From contig OZ245817.1 of the NCBI GenBank assembly GCA_965228475.1, positions 416,001 to 480,000 on the forward strand: 64,000 nt of DNA, read 5' to 3'. The translations under genes and the position numbers were made by a program. Positions within the stretch are counted from its first letter, which is position 1. Every line of letters begins with the position of its first letter. The notes under the pieces are model-generated. The model ran no database searches and had not been told where the DNA came from. It was given only the letters and a program-made list of their open reading frames with translations. The DNA is from Myxococcota bacterium. GTDB lineage: Bacteria > Myxococcota_A > UBA9160 > JAFDDA01. This document shows positions 18,845 to 28,379 of the stretch, one piece after another.

Positions 18845-19732
18845 TCAGAGCCCGAGCTCGCTCCGCTTCCGCGGCTGTTCCTCCCGCGGTGCCTGGCTGT
18901 AGTCGCCGAAGGGTCCGTCGCGGCGGATGATGGCTTCGCGCACGCCCCCGCTCGCGGCGACGCGCACGAACTCGCGGCCCTCGGGCGTGTTGCGCATGAT
19001 GCCGTCGAGGATCGGGCCGAGGGTCTGGGTGCTCTGGAGACCCATGTTGTCGTGGGCCTGGTTCACGATCAGCTTCATCGCGACGAGCTGGGTGAGCGGG
19101 ATGGTCACGAGCTTCTCGGCGAGCTTCTGGACCTCGGCATCGAGTTCCTCGAGCGGGTACGAGAAGTTGATCAGCTCGATCGCGGCGGCCTCCTTGCCGC
19201 TCACCCATTCGCCCGTGAGCGCGTAGTACTTGGCCTTGGCGAGGCCGAGCCGCTGGATCCACATGCCGGTCAGGTGGCAGCCCCAGACGCGCGCATAGGG
19301 GGTTCCGATGCGCGCGCAGTCCGAGGCGATCACCAGGTCCGCGCAAAGGGCCATCTCGGAGCCGCCGCCCACGCAGTAGCCGTGGATCTTCGCGATCGTC
19401 GGCTTCCCGCCGCGCCAGAGGCCCATGAAGCTCCGGATGTAGGTCGTGTACTGGTTCGTCACCATGTCGACGTCGAGGCCCGGGTCGTAGCCCTCTTCCT
19501 GGAGGTTCCCGTAGTGCTCGAGGCCGCCCGAGAAATCGAAGCCGCCGCAGAAGTTGTCGCCGGCGCCTTCGAGGACGATGACCTTCACCTCGGGGTCGCG
19601 GTTCGCTTCGCTGAGCCGTGCGTCGAGGCCCTCGATCACCTCCATGCGCAGCGTGTTCGCCTTGGCCGGGCGGTTGAGCGTGATCGTGGCAATGCCCTGG
19701 TTCTTCGAGTAGAGGACGACGTCTTCGGACAT
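18845..19732 (-). CDS. Crotonase/enoyl-CoA hydratase family protein
   Basis: Motifs ITLNRPAKAN, FCGGFDF and KPTIAKIHGYCVGGGSEMALCAD. Confidence 0.9.
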   Translation of the reverse strand: MSEDVVLYSKNQGIATITLNRPAKANTLRMEVIEGLDARLSEANRDPEVKVIVLEGAGDNFCGGFDFSGGLEHYGNLQEEGYDPGLDVDMVTNQYTTYIRSFMGLWRGGKPTIAKIHGYCVGGGSEMALCADLVIASDCARIGTPYARVWGCHLTGMWIQRLGLAKAKYYALTGEWVSGKEAAAIELINFSYPLEELDAEVQKLAEKLVTIPLTQLVAMKLIVNQAHDNMGLQSTQTLGPILDGIMRNTPEGREFVRVAASGGVREAIIRRDGPFGDYSQAPREEQPRKRSELGL

Positions 19733-19748
19733 GGGGTCTCCTTGGGAG

Positions 19749-20372
19749 TCAGGGGGTGAAGGGTTCGCGGGTGGGGAGGCCGAGGGCCCCTGCGATGAGG
19801 CCCCAGAGCTGGGCGGTGAGTACGCTCGCCTCCGGCGGCTTGTCCGACTGGAAGGCCTGGCGTGCCGCCTGGCTGATCGCGCCGATGATCGCGGCGGCCG
19901 CGACGCCGGCGTCGATCGTCTCGGCGATGTCGCCGGCCCTCTGGCCGAGTTCGATGTTGCGGCGCGCGAGGTCGATCAGCTCGTCCTGCCGCGCGCTCTC
20001 GAGCCCCGCGACCTGTACGGTCCGCCCCATGCGCCCCAGGACGATCGGCGCGAGCGGCTCTCCGTAGAGGAAGGCGAGCCAGGCCTGCAGGCGCTCGAAC
20101 TCGCGCTCGGGCCAGGGGCGCGCGCCGTCGAGGGGGCGGTTCACGACCGCCGAGTAGCGGTCGTAGAAGTCGTCGATCACGGCGGAGAGCGCGCCGGCCT
20201 TCGAACCGAAGTAGTGGTACGGGAGGCCGTCCGAGACGCCCGCCCGCTGGGCCAGGGCACTCATCTCGAAGTCACCGCCGCCGGCGAGGAGGGCCTCGGT
20301 GGCCGCCTCGAGCAGGCGGCCGCGGGTCGCCTCGCTCTTCTTCGGCTTCGATTTCGTCCGTGCCGGGCTCAA
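19749..20372 (-). CDS. TetR family transcriptional regulator
   Basis: HTH LAQRAGVSDGLPYHYFGSK. TTG start. Confidence 0.88.
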   Translation of the reverse strand: MSPARTKSKPKKSEATRGRLLEAATEALLAGGGDFEMSALAQRAGVSDGLPYHYFGSKAGALSAVIDDFYDRYSAVVNRPLDGARPWPEREFERLQAWLAFLYGEPLAPIVLGRMGRTVQVAGLESARQDELIDLARRNIELGQRAGDIAETIDAGVAAAAIIGAISQAARQAFQSDKPPEASVLTAQLWGLIAGALGLPTREPFTP

Positions 20373-20402
20373 GGCGGCTCCTCGTTGGGATGCGCCCTGT
20401 GT

Positions 20403-20426
20403 ACCTCAATATTGAGTTGAGGTCAA
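20403..20426. promoter_or_regulatory. Palindromic operator candidate between divergent tetR and DUF1993 genes
   Basis: Perfect palindrome CTCAATATTGAG (20405-20416), overlapping the inverted repeat ACCTCAA/TTGAGGT. AT-rich patch in GC-rich DNA. Confidence 0.5.
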
Positions 20427-20498
20427 ATAAACATGAGCGAGGCCTCCAGAACGGGCCTAGGCTCCGGCCAACCGAGCCGCGCCCTACCAGGGGAGCCC

Positions 20499-21017
20499 AT
20501 GTCCGTTTCGTTCTACGACCTTACCGTCGGCAGCTACCTCCAGATCGTCGAAGCCTTCGCGGGGGTGCTCCAGAAGGGCGCCGACCACTTCGCCGCCGAG
20601 GGCATCGACCTCGGCGAGGTCGTCGAGGCGCGGCTCATCCCGGACATGGCGAACTTCCACTTCCAGGCGACGAGCGTCACCCACCACTCCCTCGGCGCGG
20701 TGAACGCCTTCAAGACGGGCGAGTTCGGCCCGCCGAGCTTCGAACCCTGCGACTACGCCGCGCTCCAGGCGATGACGGCATCGACGCTCGACGAACTGAA
20801 GGCGCAGAAGCGCGACGAGATCGATGCGCTTGGCGAAGGCAGCGTCATCTTCAAGCTCGGCGGAAACGAGATCCCCTTCACCGCGCAGAACTTCGCGCTC
20901 TCCTTCTCCGTCCCGAACTTCTACTTCCACACGACCACGGCCTACGACATCCTCCGCATGAAGGGCGTCCCGATCGGGAAGCGCGACTACCTGGGCGCGA
21001 TGAAGGTGGGGGCCTAG
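20499..21017 (+). CDS. DUF1993 family protein
   Basis: Motifs ARLIPDM and PNFYFHTTTAYDILRMKGVPIGKRDYLG. Confidence 0.9.
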   Translation: MSVSFYDLTVGSYLQIVEAFAGVLQKGADHFAAEGIDLGEVVEARLIPDMANFHFQATSVTHHSLGAVNAFKTGEFGPPSFEPCDYAALQAMTASTLDELKAQKRDEIDALGEGSVIFKLGGNEIPFTAQNFALSFSVPNFYFHTTTAYDILRMKGVPIGKRDYLGAMKVGA

Positions 21018-21121
21018 CGGCCCCCGACCGGGCACTGGTGCGATTCGCCCCATTGACGACGGCCCTCGGCGGCACGATGCCTTCCTCATGGGCGGCGCGC
21101 GTGTCGCCCGAGGAGGGCCGC

Positions 21122-21397
21122 ATGGGTCGTGAAGTCCGTCTGTTCAAGAGCGAGGAGCGTAAGAGCCGCAAGGAGGTCGTGGCGTTCCTGCGCCAGATCG
21201 CCGACAAGCTCGACGGCGGGGAGCTGGTGCTGCGCCTCGGCGCGGAGGAGCTCCGCCTCGAGGTGCCGGAGGGTCTGGTTCTCGAACTCCAGGCCGAGGA
21301 CGAGGACAAGGGCGAGCGTGGAACGCAGCACAGCCTCGAGATCGAGCTCAAGTGGTTCGACGGCGACGCGGGTGCCGCCACGGTGGAGATCGGCTGA
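21122..21397 (+). CDS. Amphi-Trp domain-containing protein
   Basis: GGAGGG RBS. Motifs SRKEVVAFLRQIADKL and SLEIELKW. Confidence 0.8.
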   Translation: MGREVRLFKSEERKSRKEVVAFLRQIADKLDGGELVLRLGAEELRLEVPEGLVLELQAEDEDKGERGTQHSLEIELKWFDGDAGAATVEIG

Positions 21398-21454
21398 GCC
21401 ACGTCGCCGCCCGTCCGACGCGATGACGCCGGGGCCGCCCGGTATGATTCCCGG

Positions 21455-22531
21455 ATGGGAACCGTCCGCCCGCGCGATTTTGGAGCCTTCCTCTCCCAGG
21501 TTCCGGGGTTCCTGGGCCGCTTCCACGCCCCGCCGCGCGAACTCGACGGCGCACCGCTCGACGGTGCCTTCTCGAACCGCGAGGGTGCCCCTCCCGACCT
21601 CTACGGCGCAGCCGATGCGGCCTATGCGCTGTGGATCCTCGGTGAACTCTCGGAGCGCACGGACCCGGCGAGCCGGAAGGTCTGGGCCGAGCGCATTCGA
21701 GAACACCAGAACCCGGAAACGGGTTGGTTCGACCGCTCGATCCTCGCGGGCCACGGTGCGCCCCATGCGACCGCTTTCGCGACCGGCGCGTTGGCCTTGC
21801 TCGGCGCGGAACCAGCCCATCCGCTGCGCTACGCGGAAGCCCTGTTCGGGAGCCGCGCGCGGATCGAGCGCTGGCTCGAAGGGTTCGGCTGGCAGCAGAT
21901 CTGGACCGGCTCCCACGCGGCGGGTGCCGCGGCGGCACTGATCGACGCTCCGCGCGGCGTCGCCCTCGGCGGCGGTTGGCTCGGTGCGGTTCTCGACGCC
22001 CTCGAGGCGCGCATCGACCCCGCGACCGGGTTCTGGAAGCGCGCCTGGCACGACCGGCTCTGGCGAAGGCCGACGCCCCTCGACCTCGGAGGCGCGGCGC
22101 ACTTCTGGTGGCTCCTCGAGCGCGGCGGCCGTCCGCTTCCTCACGCCGACCGGGTGCTCGACGGAATCCTCGGCCTGCAGCGAAGCGACGGGCTATGGGG
22201 AAGCCGCTGGTTCGGCGGCGCCTACCCGCACGGTCTCGACTTCGACGCCCTGCACGGGCTCCGGCGCGCCTGGCTCGACGCCACCCCCGCCGCGAGCGAG
22301 CCGCGGCGTGCGCGCCTGGCCGAATGCCTCGTGCGCTACGCGGATGCTGCGCACGCCTTCCTCACACCGCCGGGTGCCGTGGCGCGCTGGTTCCGCACGC
22401 CCCACAAACTCGTCGGCACCCTCGACGCCCTCGCAGAGCTCGAGCGCGCCGCCCGCGTCGTTCTCGGGTCTTCCCTCGTCACGACGCCGCGGCCCCTGCG
22501 AAGCGCGCTCGAACGGGTGAGCTGGCAGTAG
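21455..22531 (+). CDS. Hypothetical protein, possible prenyltransferase-like alpha/alpha barrel
   Basis: QW-like repeats HQNPETGWF, IDPATGFW and LQRSDGLW. Confidence 0.55.
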   Translation: MGTVRPRDFGAFLSQVPGFLGRFHAPPRELDGAPLDGAFSNREGAPPDLYGAADAAYALWILGELSERTDPASRKVWAERIREHQNPETGWFDRSILAGHGAPHATAFATGALALLGAEPAHPLRYAEALFGSRARIERWLEGFGWQQIWTGSHAAGAAAALIDAPRGVALGGGWLGAVLDALEARIDPATGFWKRAWHDRLWRRPTPLDLGGAAHFWWLLERGGRPLPHADRVLDGILGLQRSDGLWGSRWFGGAYPHGLDFDALHGLRRAWLDATPAASEPRRARLAECLVRYADAAHAFLTPPGAVARWFRTPHKLVGTLDALAELERAARVVLGSSLVTTPRPLRSALERVSWQ

Positions 22532-22601
22532 GCAGTAGGGCGGAGTCGCCCGGGCGAGGCTCGGTTGCGGGCGAGCCCCGCCCGGACGAAGGGCGTGCGC
22601 G

Positions 22602-23465
22602 CTAGGCGCGGCGGCGGCCGATCGCGGCCGCTCCCACGAGCAGGAGCAGCGCCGTCGTGGGCTCCGGAACCACGTTCAGGCTCCACGAAGCGTGGATTCC
22701 GTCGTTCAGCGGGCTGCGGCCCCAGGTGCTGTAGTCGTCGCCGACCGTGCTGGAGAGGAAGCCGAAGAAGTCCATCACGTCGTCGACCCCGAAGAGACAG
22801 GCCGCCTCATCGCCGGAGTTGAAGATGCTGGTGCTCTCCGACCAGGCGTCGCAGTCGAGCTGGAAGCGGTAGGTCACCGTCTGGTCGCCCGTCCCCGACG
22901 TCGAGAACAGGGCGTCCGCGTCGATCACGGCCGAGTTCCCCGAGCCGACGAGGTTCCCGATGTTCAGCGTTGCAGCGTTGCCGATCCCGACCTCGTCCAC
23001 CGTCAGGGCCGAGACGTCCGCCGTGCCCGAGCCGTTGTGGTTGTCGTGGACGCCGATCAAGCCGTCGATCTCGACGCTTCCGTCGAGCGTCCAGGCGGCG
23101 CCGCCCGTCCCCGCGATCGTGAGGGTGATGCTGTAGTCGAGCTCACCGCGCTCCCACTCGTCGTTCGCCAGGGCCGAATCCGCTGCCACGGCGAACTGCG
23201 AAACGAACGTGGCCGTCGTTCCGCTGGCGTTCGCTGAGTCGGTCATCTGGAACGCGTTGTTGTCGGCGAGGTTCCCCGCTTCGAAGCAGGGGTCGACGTT
23301 CTGGTTCCCGATGTAGGGGGCGTCGTTGTTGTTGGGGTCGTTGTTGTTGTTGCTCTGGTGGCAGATGCTGTTGTTGGTGACCGAGATGCCGAGCGTTGCC
23401 GCCCCGGCCGGCGTAGCGATCGCTGCAACCAGAACGATCGATCCAAACCATGCGAACCGTTTCAT
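22602..23465 (-). CDS. PEP-CTERM sorting-domain surface protein
   Basis: Signal peptide, Asn/Asp-rich body, tail VVPEPTTALLLLVGAAAIGRRRA. Confidence 0.88.
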   Translation of the reverse strand: MKRFAWFGSIVLVAAIATPAGAATLGISVTNNSICHQSNNNNDPNNNDAPYIGNQNVDPCFEAGNLADNNAFQMTDSANASGTTATFVSQFAVAADSALANDEWERGELDYSITLTIAGTGGAAWTLDGSVEIDGLIGVHDNHNGSGTADVSALTVDEVGIGNAATLNIGNLVGSGNSAVIDADALFSTSGTGDQTVTYRFQLDCDAWSESTSIFNSGDEAACLFGVDDVMDFFGFLSSTVGDDYSTWGRSPLNDGIHASWSLNVVPEPTTALLLLVGAAAIGRRRA

Positions 23466-23519
23466 TGCGAATCCTTCCCTTTCCCAAGCCGGCGCGAAGC
23501 CGGCGAATCATGGGTGGAT

Positions 23520-23536
23520 TTGCAATCAACATGCCG
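23520..23536 (-). promoter_or_regulatory. Sigma-54 (-24/-12) promoter of the PEP-CTERM gene
   Basis: Minus strand reads CGGCATGTTGATTGCAA, with exact GG-N10-GC spacing, about 55 bp upstream of the ATG. Confidence 0.7.
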
Positions 23537-23817
23537 CGGACGAGGTTTCGGAGTCGCACGTTCCCATCGCGATCGCAGAGATGATTCGTTCGACGAAGCG
23601 ACGCGTTGTATGGCGGATTGGACCGGGCGTTCTCGAAACGATCGCTTCGCGAACCGAAGTGCTGTGAGACGCGACGGAACGCGTCAACTCACTTCGAGAA
23701 AGGGATTTCCAAACCAGCATGACCGTTACGGTCTGTGAGGCGAACCGAAGGCTGGAACGAGAAGCGCCCCGGACCGTAGGGTCCGAGGCGCCTCGAGGGT
23801 CGCGTTCGCAACGACGG

Positions 23818-24483
23818 TCAGCGCTGGCGGCACCGTCGGACGGCGAGGCCGGCGACACAGCTCGCGACGAGCAGCGCCGTGCCGGGCTCCGGAACGGGGG
23901 TCCCGCCGGAGCCGTAGATCGTGCCGCCGGGGCCGGAGAGGACGACGAACAGCTGCGAGGCGAGGTCGATCGTCTCGAACAGGAACTGATCCCAGGTGTC
24001 TCCGCCGAGCAGCTCGCCATCGGCAGCGGTGTAGAAGTTCAGCACGTCGTCGCCCGGGTCGAGCACGTTCGAGATGTCGCCGAAGATGTCCTGCCCGCTG
24101 TTGCCGTCGAAGTCGATCGACTCGGTGTCCCAGTTCGAGCCATCCAGGTTCGACGCGAAGTAGCACCAGCTGCTGTCGGAGTCGGAGCCGCAGCCGAAGC
24201 TGTCCCCGAAGCTCTCGATCCAGGCGATGCTGAAGGAGTTCGAGATGCCGAAGGCGATCAGCCCGTAGTCGGCGCTGTTGTTGGTGACGGTGTAGCGGCC
24301 GCCGCCGGGGATCGCGGTTTCGGTGAAGTAGACGGCTTCGTTCGCACCGTCGAGCACGGCGGGTGCGGAAACCGTGTTGCCGGCCGCGTCCTGGAAGACG
24401 AGTACGGCGTGGGCGGGAGCGTTCGCGAGGAGCAGCAGGGTGGCGGCGAGCAGGGCGGTCGCCGTCTTCGGCAGGCGGAGCAT
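23818..24483 (-). CDS. PEP-CTERM sorting-domain surface protein
   Basis: Signal peptide MLRLPKTATALLAATLLLLANAPAHA. Tail PVPEPGTALLVASCVAGLAVRRCRQR. Confidence 0.88.
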   Translation of the reverse strand: MLRLPKTATALLAATLLLLANAPAHAVLVFQDAAGNTVSAPAVLDGANEAVYFTETAIPGGGRYTVTNNSADYGLIAFGISNSFSIAWIESFGDSFGCGSDSDSSWCYFASNLDGSNWDTESIDFDGNSGQDIFGDISNVLDPGDDVLNFYTAADGELLGGDTWDQFLFETIDLASQLFVVLSGPGGTIYGSGGTPVPEPGTALLVASCVAGLAVRRCRQR

Positions 24484-24594
24484 CAGGGGGGTCCTTCCGG
24501 TCGGTTCCCGGCCGGGCCCTCGCAACCCATGGAGCCACTCTCAGGGCTGGACATAGAAAAGGAAGGTGCCCGACAGGCCCCTTCCCGTGGGGCG

Positions 24595-24623
24595 ATTCTG
24601 CTACGGAGCGCGGGGTGTGGCAA
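24595..24623 (-). promoter_or_regulatory. Sigma-70-type promoter candidate
   Basis: Minus strand TTGCCA-17 bp-CAGAAT, about 110 nt upstream of the ATG at 24483. Confidence 0.4.
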
Positions 24624-24743
24624 GCCCTTCCGGGCCCCGTGCTCAACTTTGGCCCGAAGGAACCGCAGAGGAAAACCCCTGATCGAGAAGCGTTTTTCCG
24701 CGCGCCGTCCGGTCCGCTGCCGCCTCGCTTCCTGTCGCGCGCC

Positions 24744-26135
24744 TCACGGTGGTTCGACGAGGAAGACCTCGAGCTCGCCCTTCCCCTTGACCGGAACCGG
24801 GCCGAGCGAGGTGGCGGCAAACCGCCCTTCGATTGCCCGCCAGGCCTCGGCCGAGACCGCGATGCGGCCGTCGCGCGCGAGCCGCTCCATACGGGCCGCC
24901 GTGTTGACGGTATCGCCCCAGAGATCGAAGCTGAACTGGCGCTGACCCATGATGCCCGCGACGACGTCGCCGACGTGCACGCCGACGCGAACCTCCCAGG
25001 GTGGCTCCGCGCGGGCTCCCGCCGCCAACAGGTCGAAACCGCAGCGGACGGCGGCCTCCACCGGATTCGCGAGTGGGTCGAGCAAGCCGCCGGTCGCCAT
25101 GAACGCGTCGCCGATGGTCTTGATCTTCTGGAGCCCGTGGCGTTCCGCGGCTCGCTCGAAGGCCTCGATCATCCGGCTCAGGCCGTCGACGACTTCTTCG
25201 GGCGTGCGCTTGTCGCACCACGCCGTGAAGCCCGCCAGATCGCAGAAGAGGATGGAGACATCGCGGTGCCGCATCGGCCGCGCGCTTCCTTCGCGCGTGA
25301 GCTCCTCGACGATCGGATCGGGCAGGATGCGCCGCAGCAGCCGGTCGGTGCGCTCGTTCGCCTCCCGGATCTCGCGCTCGGCGGCGCGGGCCCAGGTGAC
25401 GTCGCGGTTGATGCTCTCGATGGCGACGGTCGCGCCGTCCGGGCCGAGGATCGGCGTGTCGCTGCACTCGATGATTCGCGTCGAGCCGTCCTTGTGCCGG
25501 ATCTCGAGGTCGTAGGGCGGAGGCGTCATCCCGGCGCGCTCCTGCGCGAGGATCTCGTCCGCCCGGGCGTTCATCGCGTGCTCCGTCAGGAACGTCTTGA
25601 AGCTCCCGCCGATCTCCTCGCTCGTGTAGCCGAGGATCGCTTCCACGGACGGGCTCACGTAGCTCACCACGCCGTCGGGTTCGAGGGTGGCGAAGAAGTA
25701 GGCGCCCCCGAGCGCTTCCACGACGCGCCGGAACTTCGCCTCGCTGGCCGCGAGGCGCTCCTCCGTTTCGCGTCGCTTCGTGACGTCCCGGATGACGCTC
25801 GCCACGTGGAGGCCGCCCTCCATCGCGAGGGGCATCATGTTGATCTCGACGGGGAACTCGCTCCCGTCCTTGCGCAGGGCCATGAGGTCGAGCCCCGCGC
25901 CGAGCCGCCCGCCCGGCTTCACCTGGCTCGTGTCCATGGCGTCGAGAAGGGGACGGAACCGCTCGGGGATGAGCAGGTGGATGGTGCGGCCGAGGACCTC
26001 GTCGGACCGCCAGCCGTAGAGCCTCTCCGCGAAGCCGTTGAAGAAGACGATCTCGCGCTTCGCGTCGACGACGATGAACGCGTCGGGTGCGCGTTGCACC
26101 ATCTCTTGAAAGAAGGCGTCGGACGGCTTCGCCAC
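24744..26135 (-). CDS. PAS-PAS-class III adenylate cyclase
   Basis: GTG start (VAKPSDAFF). Two PAS/PAC domains (RKDGSEFPVEI, RHKDGSTRII). Canonical residues FCDLAGFT, KTIGD and FDLWGDTVNTAARME. Confidence 0.88.
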   Translation of the reverse strand: MAKPSDAFFQEMVQRAPDAFIVVDAKREIVFFNGFAERLYGWRSDEVLGRTIHLLIPERFRPLLDAMDTSQVKPGGRLGAGLDLMALRKDGSEFPVEINMMPLAMEGGLHVASVIRDVTKRRETEERLAASEAKFRRVVEALGGAYFFATLEPDGVVSYVSPSVEAILGYTSEEIGGSFKTFLTEHAMNARADEILAQERAGMTPPPYDLEIRHKDGSTRIIECSDTPILGPDGATVAIESINRDVTWARAAEREIREANERTDRLLRRILPDPIVEELTREGSARPMRHRDVSILFCDLAGFTAWCDKRTPEEVVDGLSRMIEAFERAAERHGLQKIKTIGDAFMATGGLLDPLANPVEAAVRCGFDLLAAGARAEPPWEVRVGVHVGDVVAGIMGQRQFSFDLWGDTVNTAARMERLARDGRIAVSAEAWRAIEGRFAATSLGPVPVKGKGELEVFLVEPP

Positions 26136-26197
26136 GGGGGGATCATACCAGCGCGGCCGGGAACGAATCCGCCGTTCGCCGCCCGGGCCCTCCGTGC

Positions 26198-27412
26198 TCA
26201 GCCCACCCGGACCGGCAGGCGCCCGGGGACCCGGAACAGCGAGCGGCCCCACTCGACGGTGTCGGACTCGAGCTCGAGCTTCTCGAACCGGCGCACGAGG
26301 CCGCCGATCGCCTCCTGTGCCTCCATGCGTGCGAGGTGATGCCCGAGGCACAGGTGCGCGCCGCCGCCGAACGAAAGGTGGGCGTTGTCCGGGCGCTCGA
26401 TCCAGAAGCGGCCCGGGTCTTCGAAGCGGCGCGGGTCGCGGTTGGCGGCGGCGAGCAGCAGCCAGACCTCCGCGTCGCGCGGCAGGACGTAGTCGCCGAT
26501 CCGCGCGTCCTCGTGCAGCACGCGCAGGGTCATCGAGATCGGCCCGTCGAAGCGCAGGCACTCCTCGACGGCCGGGCCGATGAGCTCCGGGTTCGCGCGC
26601 AGCCGCGCGAGCTCTTCGGGGTGGCGGATCAGCTGGCGGATGCCGTTGCCGATCAGCCCGATCGTGGTCTCGAAGCCCGCGATCAGCAGGCCGATGGCCT
26701 GGACGAGAAGTTCGCTCGGGGAGAGACGGTCGCCTTCCTCTTCGGCCCGGATGAGCTGCGAGAGCAGATCGTCCGAGAGCGCGCCGCGTCGCTCCGCGAT
26801 GCGTTCCTGGAAGTAGCCGGCCAGGTGGATGGCGGCCGCCCGGGCGCGCGCCTGGACGTCGGCCGGTGCGCGCTCCCCGGCGAGGCCGTGGGTGGCGTCG
26901 GCGGTCCAGACCGTGAAGCGCTCGCGGTCCTCCACGGGAACGCCGAGCATCTCGCAGATCAGCGTCGAAGGGACGGGCAGGGCGAGGTCGGCGATCACGT
27001 CCATGGAGCCGCCGCGGGATTCGACGGCGTCGAGCAGTTCGTCGACGAGCTTCCGCGCCCGCGGGCGCCAGCTCTCCGTGGCGCGCGGCGTGAAGGCCTT
27101 GCTCACGAGCTTGCGCAGCCGCGTGTGGTTCGGCGGATCCTGCTCGAGCATGAACTCGGCCGGGCCTTGCGCCTCCTCCACCGCCGGCAACCGTCCGTCC
27201 GTGGTGCGCACGCCCGCCGGAAGCTCCCGCAGCACGCGCACCACGTCGTCGTAGCGGCTGACGCGCCAGAAACCCATCGGCGTCAGGTGGACCGGCGCCT
27301 CCTCGCGCACGCGGTCGAAGATCGGATACGGATCCTGGAGCTCGCCATCGCTCTCGAGCCCCATCCCGTGCCACGCGGGCTCGGGCGTCGGAAGGGCGGG
27401 GGATTCGGACAT
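26198..27412 (-). CDS. Cytochrome P450
   Basis: I-helix AGFETT, EECLR, and heme motif HLSFGGGAHLCLG. Confidence 0.95.
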   Translation of the reverse strand: MSESPALPTPEPAWHGMGLESDGELQDPYPIFDRVREEAPVHLTPMGFWRVSRYDDVVRVLRELPAGVRTTDGRLPAVEEAQGPAEFMLEQDPPNHTRLRKLVSKAFTPRATESWRPRARKLVDELLDAVESRGGSMDVIADLALPVPSTLICEMLGVPVEDRERFTVWTADATHGLAGERAPADVQARARAAAIHLAGYFQERIAERRGALSDDLLSQLIRAEEEGDRLSPSELLVQAIGLLIAGFETTIGLIGNGIRQLIRHPEELARLRANPELIGPAVEECLRFDGPISMTLRVLHEDARIGDYVLPRDAEVWLLLAAANRDPRRFEDPGRFWIERPDNAHLSFGGGAHLCLGHHLARMEAQEAIGGLVRRFEKLELESDTVEWGRSLFRVPGRLPVRVG

Positions 27413-27483
27413 GGGGAGAGGGTAGCGGGTCGGCGGCGCGCGGCGTGTGCGACGGAGCGAGCCACTTTTCGTAGTCTCCTCTC

Positions 27484-27831
27484 ATGGCGTTTCGGACCGT
27501 TGCCCGCCTCGAGGACGTCCCGGCAGGACGTGGCCTGCGCGTCCAGGCCGACGGCATCGACGTCGGACTGTTTCGCGCCGAAGGGCGAATCTGGGCGATG
27601 GAGAACCGCTGCCCGCACCAGGGGAGGCCGCTCTCGGAGGGCTGCCTCGAAGGTCCGATCGTCCGCTGCCCGGCCCACGGCTGGGAGTTCGACGTACGGA
27701 CCGGCGAGCGGCCCGTCGACGCGGACGGCTTCCCGATCCCTTGCTTCCCGGTCGAGGTCCGGGGCGATGAGGTCCGCATCGATCTCGAGGCGCCGACGAA
27801 CCTGCGGCGGCGGAAAAGGGGGAATGAATGA
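27484..27831 (+). CDS. Rieske [2Fe-2S] ferredoxin
   Basis: CPHQG and CPAHGW motifs. Divergent from the P450 gene. Confidence 0.9.
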   Translation: MAFRTVARLEDVPAGRGLRVQADGIDVGLFRAEGRIWAMENRCPHQGRPLSEGCLEGPIVRCPAHGWEFDVRTGERPVDADGFPIPCFPVEVRGDEVRIDLEAPTNLRRRKRGNE

Positions 27832-28379
27832 AGTCCGGGATCGTTCTCCCCATCGGCCTGGTCGCGGCGCTCGCCTGTGCTTCGCCTCGGGCCGAGACGG
27901 CGCACCTCGGCATCGAGATCCGGGGTAGCGAGCGATTCGTGCGCGAGACGCGGGAGGCATTGGATCTGCTTCGCACCCGGTGCCCCGCCGAGTTCGACAG
28001 CGTGCAGCGCTCGATCGGCCGGATCCGGGAGTCCCGGCGAAGCGGGATGGACGTGCATGCCTCTCCCCCGACCCTCGGGGTGAGCGAGCAGAGTTCGAGC
28101 TATTCGCCGACGTGGTACGCAAGCGTGATCGCGCACGACGCCCACCACGCCACCGCCTACTTCGACCATCTCTCCCGGAACGGACCCCCGGTGCCCGACG
28201 CCGTGTGGGTCGGAACGGAGGCGGAGGCCGCCGCGAACCGCTTCCAGTTGGGTGTGCTCGAAGCTCTCGGGGCCCCGCAGCACGAGATCGCCTACCTCGG
28301 TTCCCTCGACGGCTCACACCACGACGTCAACCGCGACGGCACCTACGACCAGCGGGACTACGACGCGCGCTCCTGGTAG
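27828..28379 (+). CDS. Hypothetical lipoprotein
   Basis: ATGA overlap with the Rieske gene. Lipobox ALAC, HDAHH motif, C-terminal DVNRDGTYDQRD. Confidence 0.6.
   Translation: MKSGIVLPIGLVAALACASPRAETAHLGIEIRGSERFVRETREALDLLRTRCPAEFDSVQRSIGRIRESRRSGMDVHASPPTLGVSEQSSSYSPTWYASVIAHDAHHATAYFDHLSRNGPPVPDAVWVGTEAEAAANRFQLGVLEALGAPQHEIAYLGSLDGSHHDVNRDGTYDQRDYDARSW

Noticed and set aside
23325..23352. (AAC)n tracts as a phase-variation repeat
   Set aside because: These are short in-frame trinucleotide runs encoding NNNNDPNNND, so slippage would not shift the frame.
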